Source of the DNA: Steroidobacteraceae bacterium | Lineage (GTDB): Bacteria; Pseudomonadota; Gammaproteobacteria; Steroidobacterales; Steroidobacteraceae | Length of the DNA stretch: 64,000 nt | Reading direction: 5' to 3' | Assembly: GCA_044226195.1 (NCBI GenBank) | Contig: JBGAHO010000013.1 | Span: 16,465-80,464 of the forward strand | In this document: positions 50,239 through 63,667 of the stretch, one piece after another | Numbering within the stretch: the first letter of the stretch is position 1 | How the letters are laid out: each line of letters starts with the position of its first letter | The notes under the pieces: model-generated | Told to the model about the DNA's origin: nothing | The model's database searches: none | The model's input: only the letters and a program-made list of their open reading frames with translations | Made by a program: the position numbers and the translations under genes

Positions 50239-51339
50239 ATGAAGATCATCGCGAAGCGTGAAGCGATCCTGAGCCCCCTGCAGGCCGTGATCGGCGTGGT
50301 CGAGCGCAAGCAGACGATGCCGATCCTGGCGAACGTGCTGCTGGCGGCGAAGGGCGGTCGACTGTCGATCACCGCGACCGATCTCGAGGTCGAGCTCGTC
50401 GCGACGTCGGAAGTCGACGTGCAACGCAGCGGCGAAATCACGGTGCCGGGGCGCAAGCTGCTCGACATCTGTCGCGCATTGCCCGAGGGCACCGAGATCA
50501 CGCTGACGCTCGAAGGCGAGCGCATGCTGGTGCGGGCGCGCAAGAGCCGCTTCACGCTGTCGACCCTGCCGGCGTCGGAATTCCCGACGGTCGAGGAGAT
50601 CAACGCCGAGCAGACGGTGAAGGTGGCGCAGAAGGACTTCAAGCGCCTGCTCGAGAAGACCCATTTCTCGATGGCCCAGCAGGACGTGCGCTACTACCTG
50701 AATGGCCTTCTGCTCGAAACTTCTGCGAAATTGCTGCGATCTGTCGCCACTGACGGCCATCGGCTCGCTTTGTGCGAAGTTGAGCTGCCGGAAGGCGCCA
50801 AATCGGGCCAGCAGGTCATCGTTCCGCGCAAAGGCGTCCTGGAATTGCAGCGGATCCTGGGCAACGAGGACCAGATGCTGGACGTGTCGATCGGAAGCAA
50901 CCATGTTCGCGTCCAGATCGGCGACATTCGCTTCACTTCCAAGCTGATTGACGGCCGCTTTCCGGAATATAGCCGCGTGATCCCGGCCAATCCGCCCAGG
51001 CTGGTGGCCGCCGTTCGCGACGATCTGCGCCAGGCATTGCAGCGGGCGGCGATTCTCTCGAACGAAAAGTACCGCGGCATCCGGTTTGCATTGAAGACCA
51101 GCGTCCTGACCATCCAGGCGCACAACCCGGAGCAGGAAGAGGCCGAGGAAGAGGTCGAAGTCGGCTACACCGGCGAAGAAATCGAGATCGGCTTCAACGT
51201 CAATTACCTGCTGGATGCGCTGGCGGCTGTCGATTCGCCCGATGTGCAGATCGGCCTGACCGACGGCAACAGCAGCTGCCTGATCCGCGCGGGTGCCGAC
51301 AATTCCTGCCGGTTCGTCGTGATGCCCATGCGCCTCTGA
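50239..51339 (+). CDS. dnaN: DNA polymerase III subunit beta
   Basis: ORF 366 aa, MKIIAKREAILSPLQAVIGVVERKQTMPILANVLL. Position after dnaA fits. Confidence 0.96.
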   Translation: MKIIAKREAILSPLQAVIGVVERKQTMPILANVLLAAKGGRLSITATDLEVELVATSEVDVQRSGEITVPGRKLLDICRALPEGTEITLTLEGERMLVRARKSRFTLSTLPASEFPTVEEINAEQTVKVAQKDFKRLLEKTHFSMAQQDVRYYLNGLLLETSAKLLRSVATDGHRLALCEVELPEGAKSGQQVIVPRKGVLELQRILGNEDQMLDVSIGSNHVRVQIGDIRFTSKLIDGRFPEYSRVIPANPPRLVAAVRDDLRQALQRAAILSNEKYRGIRFALKTSVLTIQAHNPEQEEAEEEVEVGYTGEEIEIGFNVNYLLDALAAVDSPDVQIGLTDGNSSCLIRAGADNSCRFVVMPMRL

Positions 51340-51361
51340 TGGCGCGCGTCGTCGTTCGCCG

Positions 51362-54872
<3,511 letters not shown>

Positions 54873-54902
54873 CGCCGCCGTCGATCGCGGCTCCCTCGAC
54901 CG

Positions 54903-55619
54903 TCAGCGCTCGCGCTTGGCGATCTGACTCGAACGCTGGGTCTGGCTGTTCGTGCAGCTGTTGCTGTAGCCGAGCGGCTCACCGTCGCGCGTAAAGGTTC
55001 CGACGCAACCATGGGTTGACCAGACGACCTCGAACCCGCCGTTGCTGAGTCGATTGATGTAGTAGTCGCCGTCACCCGAATTGCGACCACCGGCATTGCC
55101 GCCGCCGACGCTCTGCTCACCGGCCCGGTATCCATCCCTGTAGTCCTGGTTGTGCCGGTCCTGATCCCAGGACCCGCGCCGGCCATCGTTGTACCCGCGC
55201 TGGTACTCGTTGTTATGCGACCCGTTGCTTCCGGTGCCATACGCACCGGCCGTGCCGTACCCCTGGTTGCTGCCGTAGGAAGAGTCGGTGAACCGCACGG
55301 TCACCTTCTTCCCACCTTCCCATTTGAATTCCTGCGAGTTGCCGCCGGCATGGGTCCGCACGACCTTGTTGCCTTTCTGGTCACGGTACTGGTTCGCGCC
55401 GCCCCGCGGGCTCAGCGAGTACGTCTCGCCGTTGCGCAAGTCGATGTCGATGTAGCCCTGGCGCTGGCCGAAAGTGCAGGGCCCCGACTTGCCACTCTGC
55501 TTCTCGCCGTCCTTGCGAACCTCGCAGGTTGCGGACGTGCTGTCGGCGCGGGCGAGCGGGCTGCCGACCAGTCCGGCCAGCAGCGACGCAGAAATCGAGA
55601 GAGCCAGCCAAGTCTTCAT
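54903..55619 (-). CDS. Secreted hypothetical protein with a Gly/Asn/Tyr-rich centre
   Basis: Inside ORF 54903..56309. ATG at 55619 (checked) gives a signal peptide MKTWLALSISASLLAGLVGSPLARA. Cys pairs sit at both ends. No family recognised. Confidence 0.55.
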   Translation of the reverse strand: MKTWLALSISASLLAGLVGSPLARADSTSATCEVRKDGEKQSGKSGPCTFGQRQGYIDIDLRNGETYSLSPRGGANQYRDQKGNKVVRTHAGGNSQEFKWEGGKKVTVRFTDSSYGSNQGYGTAGAYGTGSNGSHNNEYQRGYNDGRRGSWDQDRHNQDYRDGYRAGEQSVGGGNAGGRNSGDGDYYINRLSNGGFEVVWSTHGCVGTFTRDGEPLGYSNSCTNSQTQRSSQIAKRER

Positions 55620-55741
55620 GTCGTCTCCGTGTTCGTTGAGGCCCCGCGAGGAACGGAGGGAGCCGGTGCATACCGTCCATTGGACGCGATCCCACGGAGT
55701 CGCGGTATCCAGAAAGCGTCCGCGAACGGGCCTCCTGCTGC

Positions 55742-56776
55742 TCAGGACGATGGCGACCGGCGCCGCGCGCCATCCCTCGACCGCGCCATCTCCAGGGTCT
55801 CCGACGGCAGCTCGCCGTAAGTCTGGTGGTAGATCGCGGAGAAGCGGCCGAGGTGCGTGAAGCCGAAATCCAGCGCGATCCTGGAAATCGTGGCGTCGGC
55901 AGGTTTCAACAGCAGCTGTGCGCGGACGGCGGCCAGGCGTCGCGCAGCGATCCACTCGAGCGGGGACTGCCCGCGCAGTGCCATGACCGCTTTCTGCAGC
56001 GTCCGCCAGCGGACGCCCGAGATGGCGCAGAGGCGATCGAGGGTGAGGGCTTCGCCGAGGTGTGCGTCCACCCAGCGCTCGAGCCGCTCGAATCGTCGCA
56101 GGGAGGGCTCGGAGACGCTGACTTCGCCACGCTGGCCGACGATGATGCCGGCCAGCCACGCGGCGGTCTCGCGCTCGACGGCATCGAGCGCGGACGCATT
56201 CGCGTCGGCCACGGGTCCCGCGCTCAAGTCGTGTATGCGCCGATGGAACTCCATCCATTGTGCATGGCGACCCGGGGTCAGCGGGATCTCGACGGACCGG
56301 AACAGCCACGTGCGCGACCGTCCTCTGCGCCGTGCGAGGATCTCCTCGCGCAGCAGTTCACCCGAGACGACCAGGCCCAGCCATTCGTTGGCTGGCGAGT
56401 GACAGGTGTACTCGTGGTCCGGCGCCAGCAGGACCGCGGTTGCCGGACCGGAGTTCAAGGTCCGGCGGCCGATCCGGTACGTATCCCCGGCGCGCAGTGG
56501 CAGGAACAGCGTCGGCTCGCGCACCGCCGCGCGCATGGTCTGGGTCAGCAGCGTCTTCACGCGGCCCACGGCCGTCCGACCGGACTCCGCGACGAGGTGC
56601 CCGTAGAAGAACGGACCGGCCCCGCGCGGCACCCTGGTACGGTCGCCGAATCGGGCACCGAGGTAGGCACGGGTCTCGTCGAGGTCGCGTGACTGAAAGC
56701 GATCCAGCCCGACGCCCGGTGACGATCCGGACCCGGTGTCGCAAGCGTTCTGGCCTGACGGCGCCTTGGAATCCAT
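55742..56776 (-). CDS. AraC-family transcriptional regulator
   Basis: ORF 344 aa with a C-terminal double HTH (LTLDRLCAISGVRWRTLQKAV ... ISRIALDFGFTHLGRFSAIYHQTYGELPSETL). Confidence 0.85.
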   Translation of the reverse strand: MDSKAPSGQNACDTGSGSSPGVGLDRFQSRDLDETRAYLGARFGDRTRVPRGAGPFFYGHLVAESGRTAVGRVKTLLTQTMRAAVREPTLFLPLRAGDTYRIGRRTLNSGPATAVLLAPDHEYTCHSPANEWLGLVVSGELLREEILARRRGRSRTWLFRSVEIPLTPGRHAQWMEFHRRIHDLSAGPVADANASALDAVERETAAWLAGIIVGQRGEVSVSEPSLRRFERLERWVDAHLGEALTLDRLCAISGVRWRTLQKAVMALRGQSPLEWIAARRLAAVRAQLLLKPADATISRIALDFGFTHLGRFSAIYHQTYGELPSETLEMARSRDGARRRSPSS

Positions 56777-56925
56777 GTCGACCCGGCGTGGGAAAAGCCA
56801 CGCGAAGAACCGCGATCTTGACAGAGCCCGTGTCCGGCTGGGAAGGCCTGCCGTGCGCCTTCTGGATATCGTGCCCCGGCCGATCTGGTTAGCGTTCGGC
56901 GACCGAACCGGACGAGGCCGAACTC

Positions 56926-59040
56926 ATGCTGTGGTCACTGCGCTCCCGCCTTCCCGTCACCGTCCTCTCGGCGCTCCTGTGCGTCGCCGCGTCCTCGCCG
57001 GTCGATGCCGACGGTCCGCCCGCCTTCAGCTCCGGTCCGCTGCCGGGTCCGGAGAACAACTTCGGCTTTCCGCTGGTCTTCGATGTTTCGAAGATGGACA
57101 CGAGTGTCGACCCGCGCGAGGACTTCGCGCGCTACGCGGCCGGCAGGTGGATGGACGTGGCCACCATCCCGGGGGACTCGCCGTACATGAGCGGGATCGT
57201 CCTGATGGGCAAGCGCGTCGAAAGGCAGATTGCCGATCTGCTCACCGACGCCGCCGCGACCAGCGCTACGGCGCCCAGAGGGTCGCCCGTGCAGCAAGTG
57301 GGCGACGTGTACGCGGCCGGGATGGACATCGCCCGGCTCCAGCAGCTGGGCGCCGCGCCCCTGATGCAGGAGTGGGACCGCATCGCCCGCATCGACGGAC
57401 CGACCGCGCTGGCCCAGGAATTGGCCCGCCTGGAGCTGCTCACGAACCAGCCCGTCGTCCTGGGGGCCTCGGTGTCCCTCGACCTCGAGGATCCGACCCG
57501 CTACAGCGTGGTGGTCACCGATGCCGACCTGCCGCTGCCCGCACAGGAGGACTACCTTTCGCCCGAACTGGCACCCGTCCGTGACGCTTACCTGAAAGTC
57601 GTCGCCGACTCGCTGGCGCTGGCCGGCGTGCCGGCGGAGCAGGCGAAGGCTCGTGCGGCGAAGGTGCTCGAGATGGAGACGCGGATCGCGGGCAAGAAGC
57701 TCACGCCCGTGCAGAAGCGCGACATCCACGCAGCCATCCAGCGCATGTCGTACGCGGAGCTGAAGGCGGCGTGCCCGCACATGGACATCGACGCGCTGTT
57801 CACGGCCCTCGGGCTGCCGACCCGCGGGGAGGTGCTGGTTGCGGACGTGGGGGCCGTCCGGGAACGGGATGCAATGCTCGCGCAGTACCCGCTGGAGGAC
57901 ACGAAGGCGTACCTGCAGTGGGAAGCGCTGCGCATGACGAACGCGTACCTCAGCCCGGCGTTCGTCGACATGCAGGCGGACCTGTCCCGCGCCCTGACGG
58001 GCCAGGTGGACGCCCCGAAACGCGAACGAGTGGTCGCGCAGTCGATCAGTGGCAGCCTCGGCCACGCCCTCGGCCAGCTCTACGTGACGCGCTATTTCCC
58101 GGCGCAGACTCGTGCGGACGCCGAAGAAGTGGTGGGCAACGTGCGCAAGGAATTCCGCAAGCGCCTCGAGCGCAACACGTGGCTGTCCGCGTCCACGCGG
58201 ACGTACGCCATCGAGAAGCTCGACAGGATGAAGATCGTCGTGGGGTACCCGGAGAAGTGGATCGACACCTCCGCCGTCGACATCCGGCGCGACGACTATT
58301 TCGGCGACATGACGCGACTGAACGAATTCGCGGTGCGCCGGGCGCTCGCACGCCTCGGCCAGCCTCCGGCCGAGGACGGATTCGCGGACACGAAGCACAC
58401 CCTGCCGACGATCGTGAATGCGGCGTACTCGTCCGATCACAACGGCATCGAGATCCCGGCGGCGTTCCTGCAGCCGCCGTTCTACGATCCGAAAGCCGAC
58501 GCCGCGGTGAACTACTGCACGCTCGGCGCCGTGATCGGCCACGAGATCACGCACGGCTTCGACTCGATGGGCCGGTTGTTCGACGCAAACGGCGCGCTGC
58601 GCGACTGGTGGACCGAGGCCGACGGCCAGGCCTTCGTCACGCGCTCGAAGCCGCTGGTCGAACAGGCCAGTGCCTACGAGGTGCTGCCCGGCGTACACCT
58701 GAACGGCGAGCTGTCGTCCGGCGAGAACCTGGCCGACATCGGTGGCGTCATGCTCGGCTACGAGGCGTTGCAGACCCACCTGAAGGCGCATCCGCAGGAA
58801 AATCGCAAGATCGACGGCTTCACCCCGCAGCAGCGCTGCTTCCTGGCGTGGGCGCAGAACTGGGCCGACAAGATGCACCCCGGACTGCTGCGGATGCTGG
58901 CTGCCTCGGACCCGCACCCGCCGGGCGTGTACCGGATGGTGGCGCCGTCGCGTAACCTGCAGGGCTTCTACGATGCGTTTGGCGTGCGGGCCGGCGACCG
59001 GATGTGGATCACTCCGCAGCAGCGGGTCGACATCTGGTGA
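56926..59040 (+). CDS. M13-family zinc metallopeptidase (PepO / endothelin-converting-enzyme-like)
   Basis: ORF 704 aa with a signal peptide, VIGHEITHGFD (HExxH) and GENLADIGG. Confidence 0.88.
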   Translation: MLWSLRSRLPVTVLSALLCVAASSPVDADGPPAFSSGPLPGPENNFGFPLVFDVSKMDTSVDPREDFARYAAGRWMDVATIPGDSPYMSGIVLMGKRVERQIADLLTDAAATSATAPRGSPVQQVGDVYAAGMDIARLQQLGAAPLMQEWDRIARIDGPTALAQELARLELLTNQPVVLGASVSLDLEDPTRYSVVVTDADLPLPAQEDYLSPELAPVRDAYLKVVADSLALAGVPAEQAKARAAKVLEMETRIAGKKLTPVQKRDIHAAIQRMSYAELKAACPHMDIDALFTALGLPTRGEVLVADVGAVRERDAMLAQYPLEDTKAYLQWEALRMTNAYLSPAFVDMQADLSRALTGQVDAPKRERVVAQSISGSLGHALGQLYVTRYFPAQTRADAEEVVGNVRKEFRKRLERNTWLSASTRTYAIEKLDRMKIVVGYPEKWIDTSAVDIRRDDYFGDMTRLNEFAVRRALARLGQPPAEDGFADTKHTLPTIVNAAYSSDHNGIEIPAAFLQPPFYDPKADAAVNYCTLGAVIGHEITHGFDSMGRLFDANGALRDWWTEADGQAFVTRSKPLVEQASAYEVLPGVHLNGELSSGENLADIGGVMLGYEALQTHLKAHPQENRKIDGFTPQQRCFLAWAQNWADKMHPGLLRMLAASDPHPPGVYRMVAPSRNLQGFYDAFGVRAGDRMWITPQQRVDIW

Positions 59041-59044
59041 TGCG

Positions 59045-59899
59045 ATGAGTCGTCGTGTGGAGGCAGTCGTCGCGGCCGGCGGGTGTCTGGCGCTTTCGCT
59101 CGCGTCGAGTGTGCCCGGTCACGCCGAGACGCCGCCGGACCTCGCGTCGGCAACGGTCGAGCCGGCGGTCGTTCGCGTCGATGGCGACACGGTCTATTTC
59201 ACCGGCCACATCTCGGACGCGAGTGCGAAGATCTTCGCGGACGCCGTGGCGCCGCTGCAGCGCGGCCAGGTCACGCGGCTGGTGGTCAGCTCCGGCGGCG
59301 GCGACACGGTGCCCGGCCGCCGGATCGGTCAGTGGGTGCACGACATGGGCATCGTGGTCGAGGTCGACAAGATTTGCTTCTCGTCCTGCGCCAACTACAT
59401 TTTTCCCGCGGCGCGTGGGCGAGTCATTCGCGCGGAGTCCTTCGTGGGCTGGCACGGCAACGAGCGGGCATTCGAGGTGGAGGCCCGTCGCGCGGGCGTC
59501 CCGCTCGAGGCATTCATGCGGCCGATGTTCCAGTCGTGGCTCGACAAGTCGACGCCGGCCGAGCGCGAGGGATTGAGCCGCGACGCATACTTCGCAAAGC
59601 AGATCGGCGCAATGCGTGAATCCGTCGCGGCGGAGGGGCGGTACTACGCGCAGCTGGGGCTGGCCGACACGTTCGCCGCCTGTGGCGTCGGCGACGATCT
59701 CGAAAAGCGACCCGGCTTCAAGGACCAGCGCGGCTGGGGATTCTCCATCGCGGACATGGAACGACTGGGACTCGCGCACACGAGCTACCTCGGGGACGGT
59801 CCCTACGAAGCATCGTGGCGGTTCAAGACGTACCTGGTCGCGCTGACGGCCGACGAGTGCGCGTCATTGCTTCGCGTCGAGAGTCATTTCGGGTCCTGA
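59045..59899 (+). CDS. Exported ClpP/crotonase-fold (S49/NfeD-protease-like) hypothetical protein
   Basis: Inside ORF 58973..59899. ATG at 59045 lies 4 nt after the M13 stop. Signal peptide, then RLVVSSGGGDTVPGRRIGQWVHDMGIVVEVDKICFSSCANYIFPAA, which resembles the ClpP-like serine peptidase fold. The family assignment is tentative. Confidence 0.5.
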   Translation: MSRRVEAVVAAGGCLALSLASSVPGHAETPPDLASATVEPAVVRVDGDTVYFTGHISDASAKIFADAVAPLQRGQVTRLVVSSGGGDTVPGRRIGQWVHDMGIVVEVDKICFSSCANYIFPAARGRVIRAESFVGWHGNERAFEVEARRAGVPLEAFMRPMFQSWLDKSTPAEREGLSRDAYFAKQIGAMRESVAAEGRYYAQLGLADTFAACGVGDDLEKRPGFKDQRGWGFSIADMERLGLAHTSYLGDGPYEASWRFKTYLVALTADECASLLRVESHFGS

Positions 59900-59924
59900 C
59901 CGCGCGGGCGAGCGCCGGTGGTCC

Positions 59925-62900
59925 TCAGGACACCAACGCTGAGCGCGCTTCATCCGCCCGCGGCCCGAGATTGCCGTAGCGGTGGTAGTCCGTGCTGATG
60001 CTCTGCTCTCGCACGTACCACAGCAGCTCGAGGCGGCCTTCCGCCGACACCGGCACGCGCACCAGGCAGCCGTTCATCACGTTGGCCGCTTCGAGCACTT
60101 CCGCCGGCGCACGATCTGCGGCGGCATAGCGCACCCGATCCGTCTGGCCGTCGCGGATGGCCTGGGCCAGCTCGGCGTCGGTCTCCTCGACGAACTCGAT
60201 CGCGCCGGCCCACGACTCCGTCAGCTGCTCGAGCCGCTGCACGGCCCGGGACTGCAGTCCGCGCGGCACGCTGACCACGACGCGGCATCGCGCCACGTGC
60301 GCGGCGCAGGCCCGCGCAAACAGGTCGAACGCCGTGTCGGCCTCGTGCACGCGGACGCGCACGGTGCCCACCGGCAAGTAACGTCGGACGTTGTCCTGGC
60401 CGATCAGCAGGAAGTGGTCGTGCTCGCGCGAGAACTCCTGGCGCATCGCGCGTTCGTAGCTCGCCGCCGCGGCGACGATGCGCGCGTCGTCCACCTGGCC
60501 GCTGTCCGCGAGCCGGTCGCACAGCGCGGCCAGCGTCGGTGTCTGCACCTTTTCCACGGCGGCGGTGGCCGCGACGTCGGTGAAGTCCATCAGCTGCGCG
60601 ACGTAATTCGGTCCGCCGGCCTTCATGCCGGCCCCGAAGCTGGACTTGCCCATGCCGCCGAACGGCTGGCGCAGCACGATGGCGCCCGTCGTCACCCGGT
60701 TGATGTACAGGTTGCCGGCGCGCACGTGCGCCTTCCAGTAATCCCACTCGCGCTCGTCGAGGCTCTCGAGTCCGCTCGTGAGCCCGTAACCCGTCTGGTT
60801 CACCCGCGCCACGGCCTCCGACAGCTTGCTGAACCGCATCACCGCGAGCACCGGGCCGAAGAACTCCGTCATGTGCGTGTAGCTGCCCGGACGCACGCCG
60901 TACTTCACGCCCGGCGTCCAGAGTGAAGGATTGCCTTCGACCGGTTGCGGCATCACCGCCCATTCCTCGCCGGGTTCGAGCACCTTGAGCGCGGTCTCGA
61001 GATCGCCGCTCGGCGGCTTGATCATCGGGCCCATCTTCGTGTCGAGCTCCCACGCCGAGCCGACCTTCAGGCTCGAGACGGCTTCGCAGAGGCCGCGACG
61101 GAACGAGGCATCGTCATAGACCTCGTCCTGCAGCAGCACCAGCGACGTCGCCGAACACTTCTGTCCCGCGTGGCTGAAAGCGGAGTGCAGGATGTGCTTG
61201 ATCGCCTGGTCGCGGTCCGACACCGCCGTCACGATCGTGGCGTCCTTGCCGCCCGTCTCGGCGAACAGGCACAGGCGGGGGTTGTCCTTCAGCATCGTCA
61301 GCGCCGTCTCGGTGCCGCCGGTCAGGATCACGGCGTCCACCTTCGGGTGGCTGATCAGCTTGCGGCCGGCGCCCGAACCGGCGCACGGCACGAACTGCAG
61401 CACCCGCTGCGAGATGCCGGCGCGCCAGAAGCTCTGGCACATCTCCCACGCCACCAGCACGGTGTCGGACGCGGGCTTGATGATCACCGTATTGCCGGCG
61501 GCCAGCGCCGCGGCAACCCCGCCGCAGGGAATGGCGATGGGGAAGTTCCACGGCGGCACGACTACCACGACGCCTTTCGGCCGCGCCTTGAGCGTCGGCA
61601 TCTCCTGCCACCAGCGGGCCGTCGCGCGATAGAACTCGAGGAAGTCGATCGCCTCGGAGACTTCCGGGTCCGACTCCATCAAGGTCTTGCCGCCGTCGGC
61701 CAGCGCCGCTCCCATCAGGTCGCCGCGGGCCAGGCGCAATTCCTGCGCCACCTTGCCCAGCACGTCGTAGCGCTGGGCGGGCGATAGCGCGCGCCAGCCG
61801 TCGGGGTCTGCGGCCGCGCACTCGACCGCTCGCGCGACGTCGTCATTGGTCGCCTGCCGATAGCGTCCGACCACGACGCCCGGTCGCGACGGATCGCGGC
61901 ACTCGCCGATCACTCGGCCCTCGAGCAGCGCCTCGCCGCCGATGACCAGCGGGATCTGCGTCGCGTCGTCGCCGCAGCGCGGCTTCCACCGGTCGATGAT
62001 GGCCTGCCCCCAGGCTGCGTTGTGCGGCAGCGCGAAGTCCGTGTCCGCCTCGTTCTCGAACTTCTGCCAGCCGTGGGCGACGGCCTGCGTCGGCGCGGGC
62101 GGCTGGTTGCGGTCCTGGTGGCGTCGCGGTGCGTCGCTGACGGAACCGGCGGCACGGTATGCCTCGAGGAATCCCTGCTCGAGCTGCTGCCAGTCCGGGC
62201 TGCCGACCTCGAGCTTGAACGCGTGGCGCAGGAAATTCTCCGGCCCCGTGTTTTCGTCTAGACGGCGGATCAGGTAGCCGATGCCGCTGATGAAGTTCTC
62301 CCGCTTGCAGGCCGGGGCGTACAGCAGCACGTTCTTCGTGAGCTCGTGCAGCGCGCGGCGCTGGGCATTCGCCATGCCTTCGAGCATCTCGAACTGCACC
62401 CGCTCCATCGCCGACTTCTCATGGGCCAGCACCAGCGCGTAGCTGATGTCGAAGAGGTTGTGCGAGGCGACGCCGACGTTCATCGCGGCGAGGTTCTCGG
62501 GCTTCATCACCTCGTGCAGCAAGCGCTTGTAGTTCGCGTCGGTCTCGAGCTTCGAGGGGTAGGGCGCCTGCGGCCAGCCGCGCGCGGACGACTCCACGCG
62601 CTCGCTTTCCATGTTCGCACCCTTCACGAGGCGCACCGTGATGCGCCCGCCGCCCGCGGCGACGCGCTTGCGGGCCCATTCGAGGATCTGCTTCAGCGTC
62701 CGGTAGGAATCCGGGATGTAGCTCTGCAGTGCGATGCCGGCGTTCACGTGCTTGAGGCCGTCGCGGTCGAGCGTCCGCATGAACGCTTCCGCGGTCAGGT
62801 CCTTGTCGCGGTATTCCTCCATGTCGAGGTACACGAACTTCGGCACCACCGTGCCGTCCGCGCGCTCGAACCGGCCGCGGTCGGCCGTGAGGTACAGCCG

Positions 62901-63569
62901 CTCGATGCGGTCGCACAGCATGTCGATCGTGTGCTCGCGGGCGAGCGAGGAGATCTGCGAATAAAGCGTCGAGATCTTGATCGAGACGACTTCGACCTCC
63001 GGCCACTGCAGCGCCAGCAGGTATTGCTGCAGCCGGCGCTCGGCCTCCGGCTCGCTCAGGATCGCCTCGCCGAGGAAATTGACGTTCATGCGCACGCCTT
63101 CGCGGCGGCGCTCGGCGAGGTGCTGCGTCAGCAGTTCGCTCTCGCCCGGCAGGATGACATTGGCCGTCTCCTTCTGCATCTGGTCCTTGACGAGCGGCAG
63201 TGCGACGCCCGGCATGAATCCGCCGAAGGAGTGGAAGCCCTTCATCAGCGTGCGGTCCAGCGGACCGAAATAGCGGGGAACGCCCTGCACGTCGAGGATG
63301 TGCGTCAGGTGCTCGACGGCACGGGCCGGATCCGTCGTGCGGAACGCCTGGTCCGTCATCAATACCAGCGTCGCCTTGTCGGACGGCGTCTGCAGCATCC
63401 GGTCGAGCTCGGCCTGCTGCCTGCGCTCGGACGGTGTCTGCAGTTCGCGGGCCCGCTCCTGCAGGTGCCGCGCGACCCGCAGGGCCCGCTGGACCGTAGC
63501 CGGCCAGGGCGATGAGGCATCGACCATGACTTCATCGATGAGCGCGCCAAGAGACTTGGGTGAATTCAT
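59925..63569 (-). CDS. putA: Bifunctional proline dehydrogenase / L-glutamate gamma-semialdehyde dehydrogenase
   Basis: ORF 1214 aa. N-terminal PRODH barrel region plus a C-terminal aldehyde dehydrogenase (FETGGKDA, HSAFSHAGQKCSA). Confidence 0.92.
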   Translation of the reverse strand: MNSPKSLGALIDEVMVDASSPWPATVQRALRVARHLQERARELQTPSERRQQAELDRMLQTPSDKATLVLMTDQAFRTTDPARAVEHLTHILDVQGVPRYFGPLDRTLMKGFHSFGGFMPGVALPLVKDQMQKETANVILPGESELLTQHLAERRREGVRMNVNFLGEAILSEPEAERRLQQYLLALQWPEVEVVSIKISTLYSQISSLAREHTIDMLCDRIERLYLTADRGRFERADGTVVPKFVYLDMEEYRDKDLTAEAFMRTLDRDGLKHVNAGIALQSYIPDSYRTLKQILEWARKRVAAGGGRITVRLVKGANMESERVESSARGWPQAPYPSKLETDANYKRLLHEVMKPENLAAMNVGVASHNLFDISYALVLAHEKSAMERVQFEMLEGMANAQRRALHELTKNVLLYAPACKRENFISGIGYLIRRLDENTGPENFLRHAFKLEVGSPDWQQLEQGFLEAYRAAGSVSDAPRRHQDRNQPPAPTQAVAHGWQKFENEADTDFALPHNAAWGQAIIDRWKPRCGDDATQIPLVIGGEALLEGRVIGECRDPSRPGVVVGRYRQATNDDVARAVECAAADPDGWRALSPAQRYDVLGKVAQELRLARGDLMGAALADGGKTLMESDPEVSEAIDFLEFYRATARWWQEMPTLKARPKGVVVVVPPWNFPIAIPCGGVAAALAAGNTVIIKPASDTVLVAWEMCQSFWRAGISQRVLQFVPCAGSGAGRKLISHPKVDAVILTGGTETALTMLKDNPRLCLFAETGGKDATIVTAVSDRDQAIKHILHSAFSHAGQKCSATSLVLLQDEVYDDASFRRGLCEAVSSLKVGSAWELDTKMGPMIKPPSGDLETALKVLEPGEEWAVMPQPVEGNPSLWTPGVKYGVRPGSYTHMTEFFGPVLAVMRFSKLSEAVARVNQTGYGLTSGLESLDEREWDYWKAHVRAGNLYINRVTTGAIVLRQPFGGMGKSSFGAGMKAGGPNYVAQLMDFTDVAATAAVEKVQTPTLAALCDRLADSGQVDDARIVAAAASYERAMRQEFSREHDHFLLIGQDNVRRYLPVGTVRVRVHEADTAFDLFARACAAHVARCRVVVSVPRGLQSRAVQRLEQLTESWAGAIEFVEETDAELAQAIRDGQTDRVRYAAADRAPAEVLEAANVMNGCLVRVPVSAEGRLELLWYVREQSISTDYHRYGNLGPRADEARSALVS

Positions 63570-63667
63570 GTCGACACCTGTGAAAATGATCGGCCTGGGC
63601 CTTGCGGCGCAGTACGGTACCCGTCCGGGGGCGCGGCCTGAGTTAGGACAACTACGGTGGTCCGACT

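Noticed and set aside
56935-58917. 660-aa minus-strand ORF
   Set aside because: Antisense to the M13 peptidase, which carries HEITH and ENLADIGG motifs.
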